64,000 nt of DNA from an uncultured Candidatus Saccharibacteria bacterium (GTDB lineage: Bacteria > Patescibacteriota > Minisyncoccia > Minisyncoccales > GWA2-38-27). Of this stretch, positions 1-8,513 are shown one piece after another. Numbering within the stretch: the stretch's first letter is position 1; each line of letters starts with the position of its first letter. The stretch lies in the NCBI GenBank assembly GCA_964506305.1, contig CAZDKD010000001.1, positions 8,031 to 72,030 on the forward strand. Reading direction: 5' to 3'. The translations under genes were made by a program, and so were the position numbers. The notes beneath the pieces are model-generated. The model ran no database searches. It saw only the letters and a list, made by a program, of their open reading frames with translations, and was not told the origin of the DNA.

Positions 1-347
1 TGGAACTTTTTAAAAATCAAAATTTATTTTTTTTTCCTTTAAATCCAATTTTTCTTAATTTGCTGATTGGAGCAGTATTAATACTGCTTCTTTTTTTGTT
101 TTTTAAAACTTTAAAACAAGAAAACTTTTTACTAACAACCGGTTTTTCTCTGATTATTTTAGGAGGGCTGAGTAATTTTTTTGACAGAATTTATTTTGGC
201 TATGTAATCGATTGGCTCAGAATTTTTATTCTTCCTATTTCTATCTTTAATATTGCTGATATAATGATAATAGGAGGGATTATGTGTGTTATATTATTCT
301 TCGGGCAAATTATTTCGGGAGACACGCAGTCAGCCAAAAAGATATAA
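1..347 (+). CDS. lspA: lipoprotein signal peptidase II, C-terminal part (5' end outside window; frame open to position 3)
   Basis: Motifs GGLSNFFDRIYFGYVIDW and FNIADIMIIGG typical of LspA; upstream frame has no stop back to window edge; followed by lgt. Confidence 0.6.
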   Translation, partial: ELFKNQNLFFFPLNPIFLNLLIGAVLILLLFLFFKTLKQENFLLTTGFSLIILGGLSNFFDRIYFGYVIDWLRIFILPISIFNIADIMIIGGIMCVILFFGQIISGDTQSAKKI

Positions 348-480
348 TAAGTTATTCTCCGGCTGCTGCTATTTCTCACCGAGCCGTACATCCTTAGAGG
401 AAAATACAATGCTTTTCTGGGGCTCGGTTGCGAAGTGTCTCCCTTACCAATCTGCCCTCAAATAAATAAGAAATTTTATT

Positions 481-1257
481 ATGATTCCTTATTTTTGCTT
501 TGATAAAATCCAAATAGGCCCGATTACTTTTTATGTCTGGGGAATATTTTTAGCTTTGGCTTTTATAATCGGCTACTTTTTGGTTTTAAGGCAGGTTAAA
601 AAACAAAAAATTAATCCTGATATAATCTATAATTCATTTAGTTGGATAATTTTAGGAGCAATTATTGGCGCCAGGCTGGGTTATATCTTTCAATTCCCAA
701 AATATTATTTTAGCCAGCCCTTAGAAATTTTAAAAATTTGGGAAGGGGGATTAACTTTTCACGGAGGCTTTCTTGGAGTACTGATTACTTCTATTATTTA
801 TGCTAAGTTTGCCAAAATTAGCAAAAGATTATTTTTTCAGATAGCTGATTTAATAGCTTTAGTTCTTCCTATTTCCATTGCTATTGGGAGAATCGGCTGT
901 TCTTTAATCAATGATCATCAGGGAGCTGAAACTTCTTTGCCCTGGGGAATAGTTTGGCCTGACGGTATAGTTCGCCATCCGGTAGCTGAATATTTGATAA
1001 TTAGCGCCTTAATTCTATTTTTTGTTCTAAGGTTTCTGAAACCGAGATTAAAAGAGCCCGGCCGGTTGTTTTTTGCTTTTCTGCTCTTATATTCTATTTC
1101 CCGATTCTTCTTAGATTTTACCCGTTCTACCGGTATTTTATTGTCTGACCCTCGCTATTATTGGTTATCCACAGCTCAATGGTTATCTTTAACTATAATT
1201 TTAGGTATAATTATGAAAGAGCTAATATTCTTAAAAAGCCCTGTAGAGAAAATTTGA
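481..1257 (+). CDS. lgt: prolipoprotein diacylglyceryl transferase
   Basis: Multi-TM protein with GARLGY, W.GGL.FHGG and RIGCSLIN(D) Lgt signature blocks. Confidence 0.85.
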   Translation: MIPYFCFDKIQIGPITFYVWGIFLALAFIIGYFLVLRQVKKQKINPDIIYNSFSWIILGAIIGARLGYIFQFPKYYFSQPLEILKIWEGGLTFHGGFLGVLITSIIYAKFAKISKRLFFQIADLIALVLPISIAIGRIGCSLINDHQGAETSLPWGIVWPDGIVRHPVAEYLIISALILFFVLRFLKPRLKEPGRLFFAFLLLYSISRFFLDFTRSTGILLSDPRYYWLSTAQWLSLTIILGIIMKELIFLKSPVEKI

Positions 1258-1316
1258 CTGCCTTTGGCAAATAGTGTTTTGCTCTGCAAAACACCTGTCA
1301 AAATTCTTCTACGGGG
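1243..1316 (+). ncRNA. conserved ~70-nt structured element, copy 1 (outer stem GTAGAGAAAATTTGAC/GTCAAAATTCTTCTAC, inner hairpin GTGTTTTGC-TCT-GCAAAACAC, then GGGG)
   Basis: Second copy at 49542-49615 with pairing-preserving substitutions (aa->gt giving A-U/G-U pairs); overlaps last codons of lgt. Confidence 0.35.
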
Positions 1317-1357
1317 AAAGGTCGAAAAATTTGAATAGAAGTTAATATTTTAAATTT

Positions 1358-1816
1358 ATGAAAAAAATAATTTTTGTTGCTTCGGCTTTATTGGTATTAT
1401 CTCTGATTTTAATCGGCGGAGGATGTTTCCAAAAAAGCCCGGAAAGCTTTTATAAAAAAGTTTGCAAGGCTGGCATACCGTTTACCGAAAGAGCGGATGA
1501 TGCCTTTGACACGGGTAGCTCTGGCATATTTGGCGAGGAATACGACGATGATGAAATAGATGATTGTGTTGAAGATATGGTTGAGCAGGAAGAAGATATA
1601 AGGGAAGATTGCGAAGATGATGAAGATGATGATGTATGTGATGAAGTAATTAAGAATTACCGGGTAGCATCGACAAAAATGCTTACTCGCGAAGGATGTA
1701 AAATCATGTTTAGTATGAATTGTATGGGGTATGTGGCAATGAAGGACTTCGATGAAGTTAACGATTGCATGGAAGATGTGGATGAGGTTTGCAATCCTCT
1801 TCCAAAATCGTTTTAG
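1358..1816 (+). CDS. acidic Cys-rich putative lipoprotein
   Basis: Signal peptide with lipobox-like LIGGGC; D/E-rich with 10+ Cys; directly downstream of lspA-lgt. Confidence 0.5.
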   Translation: MKKIIFVASALLVLSLILIGGGCFQKSPESFYKKVCKAGIPFTERADDAFDTGSSGIFGEEYDDDEIDDCVEDMVEQEEDIREDCEDDEDDDVCDEVIKNYRVASTKMLTREGCKIMFSMNCMGYVAMKDFDEVNDCMEDVDEVCNPLPKSF

Positions 1817-1900
1817 AAGATAAGTTATAAGCAGAGAAATTTTAATTATTATAGACTTGTTTTTGATTAGACCGATCGGGATTAAAGGCCGTTTTAATAA

Positions 1901-2464
1901 ATGCCAAATTTTTGTCCAAGTTGTGGGAATAAAATAGAGCCCGGAGAAGATAAGTTTTGCCCTTCTTGCGGAGCAGAATTACCAGCCCAGCCGGTTTCAT
2001 CGGGAGTGGAAAATCTGAAGAGAGCTTTTGAGGAAATAAGATGCGAGCTTAGCTTAGATGAAATTTTTAACATTTTAGGGTGTGCAAAATCAGTCCTAAT
2101 TAATTGGCGGGAAGCGAGATGGAGCCGGAGGAGGGAAGAGGAATCAATACTTAGAGGGCTGTTTATTCTTACCAGAGAAAACATCTTTTTCTTAATAAAA
2201 GCAATTTGGCCCGGCAAACTGACCAAAAGGGCAATAGAGTCAACCACGATGGTAATCCCTGTTTCCACTATAAGAGAAGTTAAGGCCTCAAAAACTTTAT
2301 TTAGCCGCAAGTTTAAAATAATCAGGATTAAGGGTTTAGTAAAAAAAAGAGGGGCTTTCTTCAGAAAAGAGCGTTGGACCAGAGAGACATTCTACCTTGA
2401 AAATTCAGATCAGTTAGCTAAAGAGATAAGAACCTGCCTCGTTAAACGCTCGACAGAACCTTGA
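1901..2464 (+). CDS. N-terminal double-CxxC zinc-ribbon protein with bacterial PH-like C-terminal domain
   Basis: FCPSCGNKI...KFCPSCGAEL zinc ribbon; C-terminal basic beta-rich region resembling bPH/GRAM-like fold (inference). Confidence 0.4.
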   Translation: MPNFCPSCGNKIEPGEDKFCPSCGAELPAQPVSSGVENLKRAFEEIRCELSLDEIFNILGCAKSVLINWREARWSRRREEESILRGLFILTRENIFFLIKAIWPGKLTKRAIESTTMVIPVSTIREVKASKTLFSRKFKIIRIKGLVKKRGAFFRKERWTRETFYLENSDQLAKEIRTCLVKRSTEP

Positions 2465-2504
2465 TTCGCTAAAGTGGAGATATATAATCTTGAATTAAAG
2501 TTAC
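2431..2504 (+). promoter_or_regulatory. conserved promoter/operator cassette family R3, copy a (..CGCTCGACAGAACCTTGATTCGCTAAAG..ATATAATCTTGAATTAAA)
   Basis: -35 TTGATT, ~17 nt, -10 TATAAT-like; 5 related copies in window (24165, 48381, 49411, 62317). Confidence 0.5.
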
Positions 2505-2525
2505 TAAATCTAAACATTAAATAAT

Positions 2526-3107
2526 ATGAAAAAACTAAAAATTTTTATTCCAATATTACTTTTAGCGGTTTTGATTTTGACCGGGTTCAGCTGCGGGGAG
2601 GAATCAAAGCGGAAAAAAGATGAAGATGAAGAAAAAGACGAATTGGAGGATTACACTCTTTATAAAAATGAAGAGTGGGATTTTGAGATTTACTACCCCG
2701 AGGATTGGGAAAAAGAGATAGTATTTGATGAGATTGAGGGGATACAAGCGTATTTCACTTCTCCAGAACAAGGGCCAGCAGATGATTTTCAGGAAAGCGT
2801 TTTCTTGATGGTAGGAGAGCCGGATCCTTATACTGATTTTGACGAGTATGCGACAGACACAGTAGCGATGATGGAGGCGGATGAAGCGACGGAAATGATA
2901 AAATTTTCAAAAGAAACGATTAGCGGATACCCAGCTTATAAATTAGTTTATGCTCAATCTTCAGATTGGGGCGAGTATCAGTCTTTGGAGCATTTTCTGA
3001 ATACCGGCGATACATGGGCTTTAATATCTTATACTGCTAAGAAAGACCAGTATTCTGAGTTTTTAGACGAGGTTGAAATAATGGTTGATTCTTTTGAGAT
3101 AAAGTAA
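2526..3107 (+). CDS. acidic putative lipoprotein
   Basis: Signal peptide, LTGFSCG lipobox, D/E-rich mature part. Confidence 0.5.
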   Translation: MKKLKIFIPILLLAVLILTGFSCGEESKRKKDEDEEKDELEDYTLYKNEEWDFEIYYPEDWEKEIVFDEIEGIQAYFTSPEQGPADDFQESVFLMVGEPDPYTDFDEYATDTVAMMEADEATEMIKFSKETISGYPAYKLVYAQSSDWGEYQSLEHFLNTGDTWALISYTAKKDQYSEFLDEVEIMVDSFEIK

Positions 3108-3122
3108 TAATTAAATTTAAAA

Positions 3123-4004
3123 ATGGCAAAGTTTTGTCCTAAATGCGGAAAAGAATTAAAAGTTGGAGTTAAATTTTGTCCTTCTTGTGGAACGACGCTG
3201 AAAGGACAGTTTTTGAAACCTTCTCAAGAGAAGACTAAACAAGCCGAGCAGCCCGAAAAGAGTAAAAAAACCAAACAATCTAAAAAACTCAAAGGAGCCG
3301 AACTTAAAAAAGGGGCAGAGAAATCTATCCAGCCTGTTTCTTCGGCGCCGATTTCGCATTCTGCTCAGCTAGCCCGGCCGATTGCTCCAATCCAGCCAAG
3401 AAAACCAATTACTCCGCCTCGCCCTTCCTACTCTTCTGCGCCCTCGCCGAAAAAGAGCGGCGGTTTGGGTTGCGGAGCCGGATGCGGCATAGGCTGTTTA
3501 GTGGTAGTAATAATTGTCTTGCTAATTTTGGGTACTTTAGTCGGTTTTGGTTATTATTTTCTTTTTGTCAGAGACACGGGAGAAAGCGGAGGTTACTTTG
3601 ATATTGATAAAGATAAGGTCGGAAAAACGGTTAAATGCGGCGATTCTATAGCTTGTTTAGATACAAATCTTAAGGAGTGCGCTCGGGCTAAAGGTAAAAC
3701 AGAGATAGAAGATTTTGCCGAAGTAAGCTTTGAAGTACTGGGACCGAGCGAAGATACCAAAGATTCCTGCGTGGTTTTTGCCGAAGTCGATGAATTAAAA
3801 GGCTCTTTTTCTCAGTTAGAATCTCTTCCTTCTTTTCTCTCGGACAAAATAACAGAAGATTTATCTATAGAATGCCTAATTCCAGAGAAAGTTTATACTG
3901 AGGGAATAGAAAAGACCACAGAATATATTGCTGATAATATGTTTGAAGTTTGCAGGGGAAAAGCTCTTGATTTTTTAAGCAAATATGGAGTTGAAGAATA
4001 TTAA
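3123..4004 (+). CDS. zinc-ribbon membrane protein (N-term Zn ribbon, K/P/S-rich linker, one TM, Cys-containing extracytoplasmic domain)
   Basis: FCPKCGKEL...KFCPSCGTTL; low-complexity KKTKQSKK / PxxP linker; hydrophobic helix LVVVIIVLLILGTLVGFGYYFLF. Confidence 0.5.
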   Translation: MAKFCPKCGKELKVGVKFCPSCGTTLKGQFLKPSQEKTKQAEQPEKSKKTKQSKKLKGAELKKGAEKSIQPVSSAPISHSAQLARPIAPIQPRKPITPPRPSYSSAPSPKKSGGLGCGAGCGIGCLVVVIIVLLILGTLVGFGYYFLFVRDTGESGGYFDIDKDKVGKTVKCGDSIACLDTNLKECARAKGKTEIEDFAEVSFEVLGPSEDTKDSCVVFAEVDELKGSFSQLESLPSFLSDKITEDLSIECLIPEKVYTEGIEKTTEYIADNMFEVCRGKALDFLSKYGVEEY

Positions 4005-4057
4005 AAAATACTAAAAAAGGTCGAATTTCGAGATTAATATAAGCCGTAATAATTAAG

Positions 4058-4852
4058 ATGAAAATATTTAATAGAATTGTTTTATCGGTTTTAGTTCTCG
4101 GAGGAGCATTTTTTCTTACCGGTCAGGCTTTAGCAAGTTTAGACCTTATATTTTGTATTGATCTTACCGGCAGTATGTGGGACGATATTGATGAAGTTCA
4201 AAAGGAGGCCTCGGAAATAGTTGACGAAATATCGGAGATTTCAGGTTTCCGAGTAGCTATTGTTGGATATAGAGATTTCTCGGATGATACAATGTTTGAG
4301 GACTATGAATTTTCAGATGATAAAGAAGAAATTTTAGACAACATAGATGATTTAACGGTAAGCGGAGGGGGTGATATGCCCGAAGCTGTTTATGAAGCTC
4401 TGCTCAGAGCTATTAACACGGAGGAAATTGGGAGTTGGAGAGACGGTGTTTCCAAAATGATAATTCTTATGGGAGACGCGCCTCCTCATGAGAAAGGAGA
4501 CGCTGAGGTTTATAAGTATACCTTAGAAGATGTTGCTAAAGCTGCTTATGAAGTAGATCCTGCTAATATTTATTCGATTGTGATAGGAGACGATGAGCTT
4601 ACTGCTGAGAAGTTTGAAGAGCTTTCTGACGAGACGGATGGTGACTTTTTCTTAGCCGCGGAGGCTAAAGACCTACCGGGCGAGATTAAAAAAGCTACCC
4701 AAAAAATAGTAGAGGAAGTAGAAAAAAGAGAGGAGGAAGAGATTGATTGGAAGAAGATTATATTATTTGTGGTCATAGGATTAGGAGTTGCTTTGGTGGT
4801 TTTGATAGTAATTATAGTAGTGGTTGTTATAATCTTGAAAAAGAAGAAATAG
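4058..4852 (+). CDS. von Willebrand factor type A (vWA) domain protein with C-terminal membrane anchor
   Basis: Signal peptide; MIDAS-like DLTGSM motif; C-terminal hydrophobic helix followed by KKKK. Confidence 0.65.
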   Translation: MKIFNRIVLSVLVLGGAFFLTGQALASLDLIFCIDLTGSMWDDIDEVQKEASEIVDEISEISGFRVAIVGYRDFSDDTMFEDYEFSDDKEEILDNIDDLTVSGGGDMPEAVYEALLRAINTEEIGSWRDGVSKMIILMGDAPPHEKGDAEVYKYTLEDVAKAAYEVDPANIYSIVIGDDELTAEKFEELSDETDGDFFLAAEAKDLPGEIKKATQKIVEEVEKREEEEIDWKKIILFVVIGLGVALVVLIVIIVVVVIILKKKK

Positions 4853-4942
4853 AATTTAAATTAAATTCGAAATAATCTAAAAGGTCGTATCTAGCCCGAT
4901 TCTGTGGGGCTAATTAATTAGAGTAGGCTAATCCAAAAATTT

Positions 4943-5455
4943 ATGGATGCACTTCCTTTAATTTTGAGTTTTGTATACGCTTTCTTTTTTCTGATTTTTT
5001 ATGTTTACAATGCAATTTGCTTAATGGCAATAGCTAAAAAGACCGCAGTTTCTAACGGCTGGATGGCTTGGATCCCGATTCTGAATTTATATTTAATGTG
5101 TAGGGTGGCTGGTAAATCTGGTGCTTGGATACTCTTACTTTTACTTCCTGTTATAAATATTATCGCTATTGTTGTTTTATGGATGGCTATTTCTGAGAGA
5201 TGTGGCAAGCCAGGCTGGTGGGGAATATTAATGCTGATTTCGCCGGTGAACTTTATAATAATGGGGGTTTTAGCTTTTTCTAAAAGTCCGGTTGTTCCAA
5301 TGCCGCCTCCGGCGGCAGCTGCTCCATTGCCTTCTCAACCTCAGTCTCAAATTCCCGCTTCCGGACCCGCTGGAGGCAGAAGATTTTGTTCTCAATGCGG
5401 GACGCCGATTGGGCCTGCTGACAGATTTTGCCCAAACTGCGGAGCTAGGATGTAA
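4943..5455 (+). CDS. multi-TM membrane protein with C-terminal double-CxxC zinc ribbon
   Basis: 3-4 TM helices; C-terminus RFCSQCGTPIGPADRFCPNCG. Confidence 0.5.
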   Translation: MDALPLILSFVYAFFFLIFYVYNAICLMAIAKKTAVSNGWMAWIPILNLYLMCRVAGKSGAWILLLLLPVINIIAIVVLWMAISERCGKPGWWGILMLISPVNFIIMGVLAFSKSPVVPMPPPAAAAPLPSQPQSQIPASGPAGGRRFCSQCGTPIGPADRFCPNCGARM

Positions 5456-5503
5456 GATAAACAAAAGATCGCCCTTTCGGCGATTTTTTGTTAAAATGTA
5501 TTT

Positions 5504-6187
5504 ATGACATTGTATATCATTGCTACTCCAATAGGAAATCTTAATGACTTGAGTATCCGAGCTCTTAGAATTTTAAAAGAGGTTGATTTAATCTTGTGCG
5601 AGGATACCAGGGTGACTCAGAAGTTATTAGCATATTACAGCATAAGAAGGCCAGTCTTAAGCTATCATCAGCATAGCGGCTTGCAAAAAATAAGCCATAT
5701 TTTAGACCTCTTAAAACAAGGGAAGAATTTAGCTTTAGTTTGTAATGCTGGAACTCCGGGGATTTCTGATCCTGGCAGTAAGTTGATTAGCGAAATTCTT
5801 AAAGACAGCCAGTTAGAGAATATTAGAATTATTCCTATTCCCGGACCATCGGCTGTAATTGCTGCAGCTAGCGTTTCCGGTTTTCCGATGGATAAGTTTA
5901 TTTTTATGGGATTTCCGCCGACAAAAAAGAAAAGAAAGAAATTCTTTGAAGAAGCGGTAAACTCAAAATATCCGGTAATTTTCTACGAATCTCCCCACCG
6001 GATTTTAAAAACTTTGGCTGAGTTGAAAAATGTTTCCCAGAAACTGAAAATTGTTCTCTGCCGGGAACTAACTAAAAAGTTTGAGACAATTTATCGGGGA
6101 AAAATTGAAGAAGTAACTAAAGAATTAAAAAAGGGAGAGATTAGAGGAGAGTTCGTGGTGATTATAGGCGGGGCTTTTCATTCTTGA
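5504..6187 (+). CDS. rsmI: 16S rRNA (cytidine1402-2'-O)-methyltransferase
   Basis: N-terminus MTLYIIATPIGNLNDLS, LILCEDTR; tetrapyrrole-methylase-fold RsmI pattern. Confidence 0.85.
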   Translation: MTLYIIATPIGNLNDLSIRALRILKEVDLILCEDTRVTQKLLAYYSIRRPVLSYHQHSGLQKISHILDLLKQGKNLALVCNAGTPGISDPGSKLISEILKDSQLENIRIIPIPGPSAVIAAASVSGFPMDKFIFMGFPPTKKKRKKFFEEAVNSKYPVIFYESPHRILKTLAELKNVSQKLKIVLCRELTKKFETIYRGKIEEVTKELKKGEIRGEFVVIIGGAFHS

Positions 6188-6254
6188 CAATGGAATTTTA
6201 TGCTAAAATATATAAAAAGGTTGTGGATAACTAAATAAGCAATATTTTAAAAAA

Positions 6255-6559
6255 ATGAAAAAGGTTACTTCAATAATAATTCCAATAATAGCCGTAGTTA
6301 TTTTGATTTTGATTATTAGCGGGGTAACTCTCTGGTGATTTTACTCGGCGCAACTTTTTCTGCCACTTATTCTGATATTGGAGAAACCATTTCCGGAACA
6401 GGCAATATAAATCAGAATCCTTCATTTGTCGGCGGCGGGAACTATCATCTCCAGGGCGGTTCTCCTTGTATTAACGCCGGTAATCCGGCTGTCCAGTATA
6501 ATGATACCAACGGTACAAGAAATGATATGGGAGCTTATGGAGGTCCGGGAGGCAGCTAA
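6255..6559 (+). pseudogene. frameshifted/truncated remnant: 27-aa TM peptide (6255-6338) then, in another frame, a C-terminal fragment of a parallel beta-helix type surface protein
   Basis: MKKVTSIIIPIIAVVILILIISGVTLW stop; next frame GTG-started 74 aa ending NYHLQGGSPCINAGNP...DMGAYGG, the typical C-terminal motif of beta-helix repeat proteins. Confidence 0.3.
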
Positions 6560-6596
6560 ACCCCGCACTCTAAATTATTTTTGCTGTAATTTCTTA

Positions 6597-6629
6597 AATC
6601 AGTCCCGCTTAGCAGCGGGACTGATTTTT
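6597..6629 (+). terminator. rho-independent terminator
   Basis: AATCAGTCCCGCT-tagc-AGCGGGACTGATTTTT. Confidence 0.6.
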
Positions 6630-6688
6630 ATCTGTTATAACTTGACAAATTCTTAAAAGTTGCTAAAAATACATCATAATATATTATT

Positions 6689-7843
6689 ATGAGAAACAAT
6701 ACCAAAATTTCATATTTTTTGAAAATAGGGCTTTTTATTGGAATAATCTTACTGTTCTGCCTATTTGGTTTATTTGTAGTTGCTAAAGGCGACCATCCCT
6801 GCTCTTCTAACTCGCGTTTAGAATATCCCTCTCTTAAGACAATATCTTCGTTTGATGTTTTTTGCGGCTATGTAAAGTGCAGAGGCGAAAAACCTCAATG
6901 GTATTGTCCAAGAGGGGACAATCTTTCCGAGCCTAATAACGGAGGGTCAGAACCCTCGTCAAGTTCTTGCGAGTGTTCTTCAGGGCCATGCTGCGATGGC
7001 TGTGATTATAAGCCATCTACTTCTATCTGCGATTTTAAAATTGAAACTCTATACAGTTGTCCTTGGGGATCAGGCTGCGGGGCAAATGTTGCTAAAAAAA
7101 CCAGAACCAGATTTAAATATTGTTCTGGTAAAAGCGATGAATGTACCGAAGAATGGAGTGGCTGGTCAAACTGGTCCAGCTGGAGAGTTGCTGATAGTTG
7201 TGGGTCCAACGAAGTTTGCCGGACCGGTAATTCCCAATGTCAATATAGCTCAAGTTGTGTGACTTGTACCCCGAAGCCCGAACCTGAATCCTGTTTGGAA
7301 TGCGAAAGCTTTAATGCTCTTATGGTTTCTCTTTCGGCAAAAAAAGAGGAAAATTCCGGAGAGTGGGAAGAAGAGATAAAAGCAAGATCAGGAGAAAAGA
7401 TTACTTTTCTTTTAGTTATAGCTAATAGCAGCCAAGAAGATTTTGATAACATCTCCTTGAAAGTGGAACTTCCTTCAGAAATAATTTACAAGGATGATTT
7501 AAAAATTGGGGAAGAATCTTCCGAAGAAAACATAACCGAAAGTTTTTATATAGATTCTTTATCTGGAGGCGCGATGACGACGGTTGTTTTCAAAGGAGAA
7601 GTGTCTTTAGAGATTGAGGAAGGAGAAAAAAGTGTTACAGCAAGCGCTAATAAAGAAGATTTATCTGTTTCTGATTCAGTTAAAGTTGTTTTTGAAAAAT
7701 CTCCGGAGCCGTCACCGGCCGCTGCCGCTGTTTCTGCTGCCGGTTTTTCACTGGGAGGACTTCTGAAAAAATGGTATTTCTGGGTTTTATTAATCCTTGG
7801 AATAATCGTCGTATTTTATTTTATAATATCCAAAAACAAATAG
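6689..7843 (+). CDS. Cys-rich cell-surface protein with N-terminal signal/TM and C-terminal TM anchor
   Basis: 30+ Cys in first 200 aa, C-terminal Pro/Ala-rich region and hydrophobic helix FWVLLILGIIVVFYFII. Confidence 0.5.
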   Translation: MRNNTKISYFLKIGLFIGIILLFCLFGLFVVAKGDHPCSSNSRLEYPSLKTISSFDVFCGYVKCRGEKPQWYCPRGDNLSEPNNGGSEPSSSSCECSSGPCCDGCDYKPSTSICDFKIETLYSCPWGSGCGANVAKKTRTRFKYCSGKSDECTEEWSGWSNWSSWRVADSCGSNEVCRTGNSQCQYSSSCVTCTPKPEPESCLECESFNALMVSLSAKKEENSGEWEEEIKARSGEKITFLLVIANSSQEDFDNISLKVELPSEIIYKDDLKIGEESSEENITESFYIDSLSGGAMTTVVFKGEVSLEIEEGEKSVTASANKEDLSVSDSVKVVFEKSPEPSPAAAAVSAAGFSLGGLLKKWYFWVLLILGIIVVFYFIISKNK

Positions 7844-7898
7844 TTTTTTCTAAGGAGCAGAAAAACTTAACCCTTCACCTTTGGTTAAAAGTAAAGGG

Positions 7899-7926
7899 TT
7901 GACAGAATTATCTGTTTTGTTAAAAT
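7899..7926 (+). promoter_or_regulatory. sigma70-like promoter (TTGACA-16-TAAAAT) driving the downstream structured RNA
   Basis: ttgacagaattatctgttttgttaaaat. Confidence 0.5.
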
Positions 7927-7932
7927 TAGAAT

Positions 7933-8168
7933 ATCCTTGAAAATTACTAAAACCGATGAATCGGGTAGATGGGCCCGATGAGGTGGCTTCTGCGTTAGTG
8001 GAAGCCCGGCTTCCTCCGTAATCAGAGGATAACTGTTAAACCCCGCTTAGCGGGGCGAGTCAGTGAAAGATGCCCCCGCCATGGCGGGGGAATCAGGGTG
8101 GTACCGCGGGAAAACTTCTCGTCCCTGTTGCATAGTTTATCTATGCCTTAGAGACGAGGAGTTTTTTT
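7933..8168 (+). ncRNA. unclassified ~240-nt structured RNA (or riboswitch-like leader of the 8224 gene) with several GC-rich hairpins, ending in an intrinsic terminator
   Basis: Hairpins CCCCGC-tta-GCGGGG, CCCCCGCC-at-GGCGGGGG, GGAAGCC-cgg-CTTCC, GCATAG-tttat-CTATGC; terminator ..GAGACGAGGAGTTTTTTT; sits between promoter and strong RBS of next gene; no coding potential. Confidence 0.3.
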
Positions 8169-8223
8169 AATACTCAAAAATAGTTCTTTAACAAAAATTA
8201 AAATTCAGTTAGGAGGTGTATAA

Positions 8224-8466
8224 ATGTGGAGCGTAGCCCTTTGTCCTAAATGCGGTTTATCTGGAGAATGTTATTGCCGTTGCCTTGGCAGCAGTATTTT
8301 GGATCGTTCTTATGAGTATGTTTTTATCTGTAAAAATTGCGGACATACTAAAACAATTAAAGAAAGCGGAGGATGTTGGAGTGGTCCGTCTACTAAGTGT
8401 CCATTTTGCGGAAAGAATTGTAATGTTCACCAAGAACCGCCGAAAGAATTCAAAGTTTCAAAGTAA
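8224..8466 (+). CDS. small Cys-rich zinc-finger protein
   Basis: Strong RBS AGGAGGTG; CPKCG..CYCRC..CKNCG..CPFCGKNC metal-binding pattern. Confidence 0.5.
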   Translation: MWSVALCPKCGLSGECYCRCLGSSILDRSYEYVFICKNCGHTKTIKESGGCWSGPSTKCPFCGKNCNVHQEPPKEFKVSK

Positions 8467-8475
8467 ACTAAAATA

Positions 8476-8509
8476 AAAAAGCCCGTGGTTAATACTTACG
8501 GGCTTTTAC
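8476..8509. terminator. bidirectional intrinsic terminator between convergent genes
   Basis: AAAAAAGCCCGT-ggttaatactt-ACGGGCTTTT. Confidence 0.6.
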
Positions 8510-8513
8510 TTAA

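Noticed and set aside
1894-2310. 138-aa minus-strand ORF (also 3156-3359, 4570-4776, 5005-5208, 5270-5464, 7006-7452, 13278-13520, 14150-14428, 16032-16292, 17473-17715, 18341-18628, 24575-24790, 27454-27941, 35691-35981, 37889-38433, 41171-41527, 42576-42830, 43972-44295, 57017-57268)
   Set aside because: These are antisense shadow ORFs lying entirely within well-supported plus-strand (or opposite-strand) genes. They have no RBS and are Ser/Leu/Phe-rich as expected for antisense of AT-rich coding DNA.
6426-6656. 76-aa ORF overlapping the beta-helix fragment
   Set aside because: It is an alternative frame of the same remnant region, runs through the terminator hairpin, and has no RBS.
7933-8168. 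Candidate tmRNA, SRP RNA, 6S RNA or RNase P RNA
   Set aside because: It has no tRNA-like acceptor/T-arm or CCA end, so tmRNA is excluded. It lacks an SRP helix-8 GGAAGCAGC-type motif. It is too short and lacks the CR-II to CR-V blocks needed for RNase P. It is therefore kept as an unclassified structured RNA.
8285-8476. 63-aa ORF overlapping the Cys-rich mini-gene
   Set aside because: It is an internal out-of-frame ORF. The 8224 frame has the strong RBS and the conserved Cys spacing.
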